A DNA stretch of 64,000 bases from NCBI GenBank assembly GCA_951406725.2, contig OX597819.1:21204001-21268000 (forward strand), read 5' to 3'. This document shows positions 53,567 through 64,000 of the stretch, one piece after another; position 1 is the first letter of the stretch; each line of letters begins with the position of its first letter. The notes under the pieces are model-generated. The model made no database searches. It saw only the letters and a list, made by a program, of their open reading frames with translations, and had not been told where the DNA came from. The DNA is from Octopus vulgaris. Taxonomy: Eukaryota. Both the position numbers and the translations under genes were made by a program.

Positions 53567-54806
53567 TGCCTGTATATATGTCAGTAGAATGGACTTCTTT
53601 CAGTCTTTATCTACAAATTCCACACACGATGCATTGTTCGGTTCGGGCTTATGTTACAAGACACGACCCAAGTTGCCGATATATTCCGATATACGTCTTA
53701 GCTATTCTGCGGTTTACGGATCTACTGTTGCATTATCCTTCGCAGTTGTTTTTTGAGTGTTTTTATTTATTGTGATTGAGTCTGTAGCCGGCCCTTCTGT
53801 TGGTGGTAAAAAGCATATGTACCTACAGAATCGTCAGAACTGCACAGTGCACCTCATGGTCACTCAGCGTGATATGGGCAAATCTTGAATGAATGTACCC
53901 TTTTGTATTTAGAATTTGAGACCAACTTTAAGGGATAGAAAAGATTTACAGGAGGTAGATTGGATACTCTAACAACACATGTCTATGCATGTCACTCTTA
54001 TCTGGGCAACCACGGAATCCCTCTCATTTCTCCTGTGTCCTGGGTAAAAGGTTACAGTACAGAACTATCTAAATCTAATATAAACCTTCGACTGTCAGGT
54101 AACTTCCCTTTTGTGGTCAATTTTATATTTCATTTTACATTGTTTCGGCCTCATACGACATAGCTTTGCCCTAAATATTCCGTCTAAGTGGGTGTTTGCG
54201 TGTATGAGTGTGTATGTGTGGTCTGTGTGTGTGTGCGTGTGTTTGTGTGTGTTAGGGGGGAAAGGTACACATATGATGTTAATGACAGACGTGTTTGTGT
54301 ATAAAACAAAGGTCTCTCTTATATCTGTGGGAGATTGTGGAGCTGATGAAAGTGCGTGTGTGATAAGTATATTTCTAAATCTGCGTTATGATCATCTGCC
54401 GGTGTGCATGTGTCTTTGTGAATCAGTGTGAATGGATGTCTTAGACATAAATAACCAATGAAAATCATGAACGCTTCCGGATTTGTTTTGATGCATGAAA
54501 CGCACCAGTTCTCCTCAGACTGAAATAGGTTTAGTGCTGTAGTTCTGTTCCAACTTCGTAGAGCCGGCAGCTACCAGACAACAAACAGTGCAGTTAAAGT
54601 TTAGAATCCACCAGCAAAGTTCAACTGATCTTCAGAATCGTACTTAATATCTACTACTTACAAATATTTTGAATGTCGGAATGGAAACATCTCTGATGTT
54701 TGAGGTGTACGCGTTGTAATGGAATCTTGTTTGAATGCCTTAAGTGAAAATACAGAAACTGCAATGGAATCATGAATTATGGGTACGATAGCTATAACAC
54801 GCGTAC

Positions 54807-54838
<32 letters not shown>

Positions 54839-54961
54839 ATGTGTGTGTATGTGTGTGTGTGTTTGTGTGTGTATATATATATGTATATATATGTGTGTGT
54901 ATGTATATATATATATATATATATATATACATACATATAGAGATGTATATATATATAAATG

Positions 54962-55041
<80 letters not shown>

Positions 55042-56027
55042 AACATGCATATATACATACATATATTCATATATATGCTTATGGGTGTGCGTATGTGTGT
55101 GTATGTGTGTGTATGAATGTATATGAAATTGTAAAATCCAAGGATCTGAGGGTAGGAAGTTTGTATGCTACGAGCAGTCTGTGGTAGGTATAAAAAACGA
55201 CATACAGGAACAATAATAATAATAATTTATTGTCGTTGACGGCTTTAGGCCTTCGAATATAGAATTTCGATAAGCAGAAAGAATTTGTGTGTAGATCAAT
55301 TTTAGCAACTAGATTTGCAATGAATGCGAATAAAAGCTCAAATTGAGTAACAGGTAAAATTCAAACTACATATGTTGACTTAGCTAGCAAATACAGTGAG
55401 GTAATAATTACTAAACTTAGGATACTCAGCTAGCAGGAGGAAGGTGCCTTAATTATAAGAAGGTTATATATTGTCGTTAGAAAATTTCAAATTACCTCAT
55501 AAAGATGACATTTGAAATGAGTGGCGAAGCAAGAAGAACAGAATAGAAATAAGAAATAAACAAAACAAAATATATGAATACAAGTTTGCAGAAAAGAGAA
55601 GGAAGGGATCAAATATTTGAGAGTGGGGAATCGTATAAGGTCGTTAAGAATAAAGAAAAGGGTGGGATATGCGTAGGTGCAAGCATATCCCCATATGCGG
55701 CACAGAAGATATAAAGACATCGCAAAGTTAAGAAAATACATTGAAAAAATACATTTAAAAAAGGGCAACGTCATAAATGCGTAGAACAAATTTAAGTGGG
55801 AGGTGAGGTTGCAGGATGATTCGCTTGGGAATTATCGGGGAAGGCGTTATCATTGTACCATGAGAGTGTATAGCATAATTTGCGTTTGCAATTAAGAATG
55901 AGGTCGTTTCGATCATTAAGGCAGTTGCTGTAATTTGTATTCTCTTCTTCCGGCTTCGCCACTGACCCCAGATTACATTTCGGTGAGTTAACTTGGAAAT
56001 CCCAAATGGCGATGTAACCTATATATG

Positions 56028-56256
56028 TATTTCTTTACTGCCCACAAGGGGCTAAACATAGAGGGGACACACAAGGACAAAGGAATCACAATGACCCCAG
56101 TTGCAAAACTAGTACTTTATTTATCGACCCCGAAAGGATGAAAGGCAAAGTCGACCTCGGTGGAATTTGAACTTAGAACATTTGAACTTAGAACAGACAA
56201 AATACCGCTAAACATTTCGCCCGGCGCGCTAACGTTTCTGCCAGCTCGCCACCTTT
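56028..56256 (-). mobile_element. SINE family C with perfect 17-bp TSD
   Basis: GATGTAACCTATATATG at 56011-56027 and 56257-56273; central GTCGACTTTGCCTTTCATCCTTTCGGGGTCGATAAA block on minus. Confidence 0.93.
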
Positions 56257-56471
56257 GATGTAACCTATATATGATTAAGGTATCCTCGGCCCGGTAAGTA
56301 GCTAGCTGAGATCTCCACGTTGATTAATTATTACATAAGAGAATGAGCTGGCTAAGAAACATATGCATGGTACCGTAGGCTGCAGGTACTAAGCCCACCT
56401 ACGCTTACAAGACTCCGGAAGTTCCTACAAAACATGTGTTAAAAAGAAGATATTAATAATATATATATATA

Positions 56472-56705
56472 TTTCTTTACTACCCACAAGGGGCTAAACT
56501 CAGAGGGGACAAACAAGGACAGACAAACGGATTAAGTCGATTATATCGATCCCAGTGCGTAACTGGTACTTAATTTATCGACCCCGAACGGATGAAAGGC
56601 AAAGTCGACCTCGGCGGAATTTGAACTCAGAACGTAGCGGCAGACGAAATACGGCTACGCATTTCGCCCGGCGTGCTAACGTTTCTGCCAGCTCACCGTC
56701 TTTCA
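56472..56705 (-). mobile_element. SINE family C with 18-bp TSD
   Basis: TAATAATATATATATATA at 56454-56471 and 56706-56723; homologous to 56028-56256. Confidence 0.92.
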
Positions 56706-56723
56706 TAATAATATATATATATA

Positions 56724-57745
56724 GCCCAGTCCTGGCTAAGAAGGAATATATCAACAGGCATGGCAGAGTTGGGACACATATGCACTGGAAGCTATGCCTA
56801 CACTATGGAATAACAACAGAAAAAAACATTGTTATAGGCACACCCCAGAAAAGGTCACAGAAATTGACAAAGTAACCATACTCTGGGATTTTCCAATGTA
56901 TACAGACTGAGAAGTCAAGTCTAATAGATCGAGTGTAGTTATCAGAGATCACCCAGAAATAAAATGCCTGCTAACTGACAGCTGACAACTTTTCTCTAAA
57001 AGAAACGGAGAAACTCTCAAAATACGATTATCTGGAAATAGAGTTAAACCAAATGTGGAGCCTAAATGCAGAAAGAATCACTATAATACTACACATATTA
57101 GGTGTGATTATGGAAGCACTCCGTTGCTTACGACGACGAGGGTTCCGGTTGATCCGAATCAACGGAACAGCCTGCTCGTGAAATTAACGTGTAAGTGGCT
57201 GAGCACTCCACAGACACGTGTACCCTTAACGTAGTTCTCGGGGATATTCAGCGTGACACAGAGAGTGACAAGGCCGGCCCTTTGAAATAGAGGTACGATA
57301 GAAACAGGAAGTAAGAGTGAGAGAAAGTTGTGGTGAAAGGGTACAGCTGGGATCACCACCACCCCCTGCCGGAGCCTCGTGGAGCTTTAGGCGTTTTTCG
57401 CTCAATAAACACTCACAACGCCCGGTCTGGGAATCGAAACCGCGATCCTACGACCGCGAGTCCGCTGCCCTAACCACTGGGCCATTGTGCCGCCACAGGT
57501 GTGATTAAAAGCAATTCTGACAAATACATATCCAAAACAGCACGACTTACGAATATATATAACTTACAAAAAGTAGGACTACTTGGCCCCCGCGCACAAC
57601 CTAGGTAAAGTACTTTCAATACAGTGAAAATAAGAGCACTACAACAAACCAGATCGCATATCCAAGGCACACAGATCTGCACTCGGCAGTGTAGCGAAAT
57701 GACGTGATGAAAATACGACTACTGAATAAGGATAATAATGATGAA
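56724..57745 (+). mobile_element. R4/Dong-like RLE LINE 3' portion interrupted by a SINE
   Basis: PVLAKKEYINRHGRVG.HMHWKLC..PEKV..KVTILWDFP..EKLSKY; resumes after the SINE as GVIKSNSDKYI..LQKVGLLG..L.KVLSIQ*, then UTR and AAT-like tail. Confidence 0.88.
57111..57496 (-). mobile_element. SINE family B with 11-bp TSD, nested in the RLE LINE
   Basis: AGGTGTGATTA at 57100-57110 and 57497-57507. Confidence 0.94.
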
Positions 57746-59177
57746 CAACTATATTTAGTTTTGGAGAATGAGAATCTTCCTGCAACGATGACGAGACTGC
57801 GAAGACAAAAATAGCAACGGCAATTAGAAACCAGCTCCTAAACTTTGTCCAAACTAACATAGGAATATCTCACATCGTTAAATCCTCGTCAACGATTAAA
57901 CATAAAGCGACACTTAATAAACGGTTATCTATTTCTCATAAAAAATTGTTTATACTCATGTAAATATTTCAATTAGATATACTGCTAGCAGTTACTATAA
58001 TTAACCTATTTCTAATTATCAACTCTAATTAACTTCGTTTACTACTTAAATTGCTTGACACCTATCATTCATAATACGTTTAACCAGATATGTCATTATA
58101 TTAGCATAAATACACCCACTTTAAATGAGATAATATATATATATTAGAAATAGCAGCGCGTCAAATGCTACTTCAAACAACCTATCCTTGGCTATGAAAT
58201 AAATCTTAAACCGCTTGGTGAGAATGTAAGATTACATACTAAGTAAATTGTGAGATCAAATCAGATCTAAGAATTTAGTATTGTGTTTATGAACGTATAA
58301 GATTCTAATTTGACAGGGAGGCCTGAAATATCAGAGATAGATGCCAGTTGCTCTGGAATTATTTATTGTATAGATGGAGCAAATTCCAGTCTCCTTTCAG
58401 CCTTGAAACTTTTGTTAAATTTTCACCATTAAAAATCTAAACCGTCGTACGATGAAAGCCAATCTATTTTAAATATGCAATCCACAATTTCATAGTAGGT
58501 ACTTAGGGATTACATGACTACATGACAGCATAAATATGTGTGCGTGTTTGTGTATGTATGTGTATTACCCAAAGATATTCCAACTTTGATTTTCACGTTT
58601 TATTTGCAGTCTTGTAATAAGATAATAAAATATTATGAAATGATAGAATATTAAACGTCCATTCTGACTGAACTATTACTTTCATGCATTAATCTATGCA
58701 ATCTTCAGGATTTATATAGTAGTAGTGACAGTTATGTTTTATAATTTACAAATGTAGTGAGATGGCTAAACTGTGCCTTAAATATATTTGCATAGATACC
58801 GGAATGTTAATTTATGCAAACTGTATTCTAACCAGTCAATGTGTGGCTTTACTAACTTACTTCAGTTGATTGGTGTTTGGGTTAGACCTCACGCTTTGTT
58901 GAGCATGTCAAATATATATATATATGTGTGTGTGTGCGTGTGTATGCATATAAATATATAAATATATATATATTATACTTATACATACATACATATATAT
59001 ATACATATATATATGTATACAAATATATATATATATATATATACAAATATATATATATATACATATATATATACACAAATATATATATACATATACATAT
59101 ATATATACATATATATATATATATACATATATACATATATATATATACATACATATATATATTCATACATATATATA

Positions 59178-59230
<53 letters not shown>

Positions 59231-60049
59231 ATGTATAAGTATATTATATATATATATAAATATATATATTTATATACATAAACACGCACACACACATATA
59301 TATAATATATTCATATATACATATAATATATATAGTATATAGTATATAAATGGTGTAAATTATATTTTGTTAGGCGTCGATTAATACTTACAGTCTAGTT
59401 GATTTAAACTTACTTTCTCGTCTCGGAGGAAATAAAAGTAAGATTTTTCTGCCGTAATAATGAACAAATGCAGCATATCTAACAGAACGATGTAAAGCAC
59501 AACTATACACATACCCATTACATTGTAAGCAAAAATTGCGTACAATTCCTTACCAAAATAGTCGGCCATGTTTGAAAAAAGTTTTCATAGCACATCACAA
59601 TGCTAGTATACACATGAAGGCAAAACAAACATCATACAACTAATAAATAAGACTCGTGTGTCAATAACGATATATAACATTAACGCTCAAGTTTCACGAG
59701 CTGGCCGTAAATGTAAAGGCTTAAGATATCAAGGGGATACATACATGGCATTAACAATTTAAATCCAGAAGATGAGTGTCAGAAAATTCATTGATTCTGA
59801 TGGATTTAGGCAAAATATGGGAGAAATAAATAAAACTTTTGAACCTCGAATATGGTCGTGTATTTAATACGAGTTTAAAACTCAAGTTATTTCACATAAG
59901 AATTTATATATATATACATGAATATATATGTATTATGTATGTATATATGTATGAATGTACGTGTTTGTGTTTGCATGACTGTATGTATATACATATATAT
60001 ATATATATATGATAATTTTGTATGTTATTAAAGAGAGCTGGACCGGTTG

Positions 60050-60420
60050 AGGTAAAGTAGTTGCGGCGTCATGTTGTTATGTGTCCTTAGTTCGATATTT
60101 GTAGTGGTTGGATAGCACGGAGCCCCTAGTTTTGGATGGATTTTATAATTAATGCCAACATCATCGGTGCAATATTGATGGAATATTTTCCTCACAAATG
60201 ATGTAGCGTTCCCGGCGGCGTTGGAAAGATTGAGTTTTTTCAGTGGACCCCAATAGTCAATGCCTATCATGCCGTCTATCTTTCTTGTTATTGACCTCTA
60301 AGAGATCTTGAGAACCATTTGCGAAATTGCTGAGCCGAAATCCCGAAGAATCTGTTCATGCAACTTGTTCCCAATTTGTTCCCAAACTCTATAGGTTGTT
60401 CTCCGCTAAGTGTGGATATA
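60050..60420 (-). mobile_element. CR1-group LINE ORF2 C-terminal fragment
   Basis: ..RKIDGMIGIDYWGPLKKLNL..QRRRERYIIC.., like the L.Y..RL..L.L.SL..RR motif of CR1-group LINEs. Confidence 0.75.
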
Positions 60421-60884
60421 TTAAAAACTATATATATCAACTTAATCTACATTTTCTAGGCGAGATTTGAGGATATTTAAATTCGAGATGTTCTGTGAAT
60501 AAGTATATGTCTACATTTCGTGTCATCACCATGGAAATGATACTGTACGGAACATACTAGAGCTAAAGATAGGGGGACCAATTCTGGAAAGAAGTGGCAC
60601 TCTATACCATAGATATTTCAGAATATCGCTGTATTCCCTTTAAATCATTCAAACAATGGAAGTTTAAAATTGAGATACGATTGCCTTTGCGATCACCAAG
60701 AAATAACTTAAATAATTGTCCTTTTTCACAGTAGTATGTGAGCAAAAACTGTTTCGAAGACATATGTAAGCTTACACACATAGACAGCAAGACGGATAGA
60801 ATATAGGTGTGTGAGAATGTACTTGCGTATGGATGTGTATATAGCTTATATGGTATGTGTGTATAAGTGTTTGGGCGTGTGTGC

Positions 60885-60933
<49 letters not shown>

Positions 60934-62087
60934 GACGTAAGATTCTATAATTTTGTAAGCAGACATCAAATATTTATACGTGTGTATAGTATGTATACAC
61001 ACATACACACATACTCACACAGACAGTCAACACACATATTTATGTATATGTATATAATGATATAAATATATTTGTGAGGACATACATATGATTATACGTG
61101 TGAATTGTATGGAGATATATATGTATGCGTGTGTGTATGCATATATATAGGCATACATACGCTTATATATATATATCCATACATATATGTATATGTATAT
61201 ATATAGTAATAATAATGATATAATATATATGCATATACACATACATATATGTATATACTTACATATATATATATATATATATACATACCTACATATATAT
61301 GTATACATACCTACATATATATGTATATATACATGCATATATGGGTACAGGACGTTAAAAACACGTGAACATAAATATATATGCATGTATGTATACATCC
61401 AAGTGCGTATGTATCACTGTATGTATTTATGTATGTCTGCTTAATAAATTTTAGTTGTTCAACAGAATGAAATTATACAACATATAAACTATTTTATGTG
61501 TTCCATTCAGTAAATTTCTCCCTAAAGAACCTCGCACTGCTCAGCAGACAATACGGTGACGCACTACCAAGATGTTTCTATTGCTATTTCGTGCTTTACT
61601 GTCCGATAAGTTTCTAGTTCAATAATTAACGAGAGTTTATTGATATATTTATTGATATTATATTTATTAGCAATGCTCTGTGTGTGTGTGGTAGGGTCTG
61701 GGCTAGAAGCTATGAAACGCCAGGTAAAAATGGTGTAAGATTCTATATACATATACGCGTACACACATACATACATAAAAGTATGCATGTACACTCACAC
61801 TTACGCAAACACATCACATTAACACACACATATAAGCACACAATATATTTGTGCGTATTTTAAGAGATACATACACATATCCATCCATCCATACATACAC
61901 ACACACATATATACATACGTACATTTATATAAAAACGACTTTACATTACGGGTTGAAATGGATAGTATCATCCCACCTGGGACCGATAGTGACCTCCCAG
62001 TATTTTCAGCTGATCGATACTATAGGGTGGGCATGTAATATTTCTGGGAATCGATCATTCGGCCCGCTATAGCATCCAACTTGATAC

Positions 62088-62141
<54 letters not shown>

Positions 62142-62326
62142 TAATAATAATAATAATAATGATAATAATAATGATAATAATAATAATAATGATGATCAAA
62201 AAAGTATTATCGCATTAACTATCGAAATTAGCAAGTCAATAATTAAGTAACTTTTATAACATATTTTGCATCGTAGTTCAAATCCTAATGGGGAGACATA
62301 GATGCAGTTTAATATTCCCTGCTAAC

Positions 62327-62402
<76 letters not shown>

Positions 62403-62485
62403 CTGACACCTTCGCACATCTCCAGCGTTAGACTTCTTGCATAGACAATATAATGATAATAATAATAATAATGATGGTCATCATC

Positions 62486-62521
<36 letters not shown>

Positions 62522-62527
62522 GTTTTT

Positions 62528-63059
62528 AGTAAGAGAGCAGTGCATGCCATCAAAGTGATACAGGGGTAAAATATACGAAGCCCAGTATGCCCATCATGGC
62601 TACCCGTCTGATAAGGGTACACCAGGCACATGCATCACAACCATATCAAAATAAAGAGCGCATGACCTTGCAGGTGGGGCCCAGTTAGAATTTTCTTCTG
62701 GTCGAGTAACTCATCCCGCTCAAAAGGTTCCTGAATAATGATTGTTTAAGGATGTTGAACAAATCACCTATGTTTCCAATGGTGAATTATCCAAACATTC
62801 AAGAATTCCTTTCAACACATAGCTATTATTCTCCTCTACTACTTCTGTTCGTGATCAGAGATGCACGTATCACTAGCCACTAAGGGACATGCTCAACCGG
62901 TTAAGGTCAAACAGCTGACAGGCATATCTGTGGTATTGAGCAGAATATTTGCTATAGCCCATGTTTTATACCAAGACCAAAACAATGTACATGATAATAC
63001 TTCCAATCAGCTAAGATCAAATGCCACGAGGGCCACTGCCTGATACTGCATCAGGGCAT
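62528..63059. mobile_element. Unnamed ~550-bp non-coding element in (TTA)n, unit 1 (short internal deletion)
   Basis: Colinear with 63077-63632; bounded by (TTA)n on both sides. Confidence 0.85.
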
Positions 63060-63076
63060 TTATTATTATTATTATT

Positions 63077-63630
63077 GAGTGAGAGAGCAGTGCATGCCAT
63101 CAAAGTGACACTGGGGTAAAATATACAAAGCCCAATATACCCATCATGACTACCCGTCTGATAAGGGTATACTAGGCACATGCATCACAACCATATGTAC
63201 GCGACATGGTGATCTCATATCATGATAAACAGCACATGACCTTGCAGGTGGGGCCCAGTTAGAATTTTCTTCAGGTTGAGTAGCCCATCCCGCTCAAAAG
63301 GTCCCTGAATAAGGGTTGTTTAAGGATGTTGAAAGAACCACCCATGTTTCCAGAGGTGAATTATTCAAACCCCCAACAATCCCTCTCAACACATGGCTAT
63401 GATGCTCCCCCACTACTTCTGCTCGTGATCAGAGATGCACATATCGTCAGCCACTAAGGGACATGCTCAACTGGTTAAGGTCAAACAACTGACAAGCAAA
63501 TCTGTGGTATTGAGCAGAATATTTGCTGTAGCCCATCTTTTATACCAAGACAAAACAATGTACATGATAACACTTCCAATCAGTTAAGATCAGAAGCCAT
63601 GAGAGCCACTGCCTGGTACTGCATCAGGGC

Positions 63631-63632
<2 letters not shown>
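63077..63632. mobile_element. Unnamed ~550-bp non-coding element in (TTA)n, unit 2 (complete)
   Basis: Runs GAGTGAGAGAGCAGTGCATGCC..CTGCATCAGGGCAT between (TTA)n tracts; no TIR, tRNA head or long ORF. Confidence 0.88.
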
Positions 63633-63686
<54 letters not shown>

Positions 63687-63687
<1 letters not shown>

Positions 63688-64000
63688 GGTGGTCGCATAT
63701 CAAGATAAACAGCGAATGGGCTTGCAGCGCGATCCAGTTGGAATTTTTTCCAGGTCGAGTAGCCCATCCCGCTCAAAATGTTCCTGAATAAGGGTTAATT
63801 AAGGAGATTGAATGAAACATCCAAGTTTCCAGGTGTTAATTATTCAAACTCCAAAGAATTCTTCTCAACACATGGCTAGGATGCTCCCCCACTACTTCTG
63901 CTCCTGGTCAGATATATACATTTCATCGGCCACGAAGGGACATGCTCAACTGGTTAAGGTCAAACAACTGACAAGAAAATTTTTGATATTGAGTAGAATA
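63687..64000. mobile_element. Same element, unit 3 (left-truncated, runs off window)
   Basis: Starts mid-unit at TGGTGGTCGCATATCAAGATAAACAGC directly after (TTA)n. Confidence 0.85.

Noticed and set aside
54662-54760. Minus-strand AG..GTAAGT exon candidate (others at ~59413-59447 minus and ~46769 plus)
   Set aside because: Splice-like words are frequent in AT-rich DNA; no recognisable peptide or consistent exon chain.
57568-57600. Apparent 33-nt minus-strand micro-exon (GCARGPSSPTF), resembling the one at 14346-14378
   Set aside because: It is the antisense of the RLE LINE C-terminus (LQKVGLLG..) on plus, so the resemblance is probably chance. This also tempers confidence in the 14346 candidate.
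57639-57860. Signal-peptide-like ORF MLVWTKFRSWFLIAVAIFVFAVSS
   Set aside because: It is short, has no convincing donor after the hydrophobic segment, and runs antisense into a LINE tail.
62528-64000. CRISPR-like repeat/spacer appearance
   Set aside because: Eukaryotic context; the units are ~550-bp homologs separated by microsatellite, with no unique spacers or cas genes.

Overview
Very AT-rich, microsatellite-dense eukaryotic DNA. The three recurring tRNA-derived SINE families and the (TA)n/(CA)n/(GATA)n/(TAA)n load look like an octopus (coleoid cephalopod) genome; this is my recognition, not a database result. No complete protein-coding gene can be read. Almost all listed ORFs are translations of microsatellites or of decayed transposons. 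The window holds many mobile-element relics: a Gypsy pol relic, Tc1/mariner relics (one built from two 5' ends), a piggyBac-type MITE with TTAA duplications, and a second MITE with an ~8-bp target duplication. It also holds RTE, CR1-group and L1/Tx1 fragments, many R4/Dong-like restriction-like-endonuclease (RLE) LINE fragments sitting in (TAA)n-type tracts, and Penelope-like (PLE) pieces. Most notable: (i) about eight sequence-diverse hammerhead-ribozyme-like motifs, one at the apex of a near-perfect 480-bp foldback; (ii) a SINE and an RTE LINE sharing a 3' stem-loop tail with compensatory changes; (iii) an unnamed ~550-bp non-coding element arrayed in a (TTA)n tract at the window end; (iv) one non-repetitive ORF (14617-15120, minus) resembling a secreted precursor, with a plausible 33-nt micro-exon downstream.
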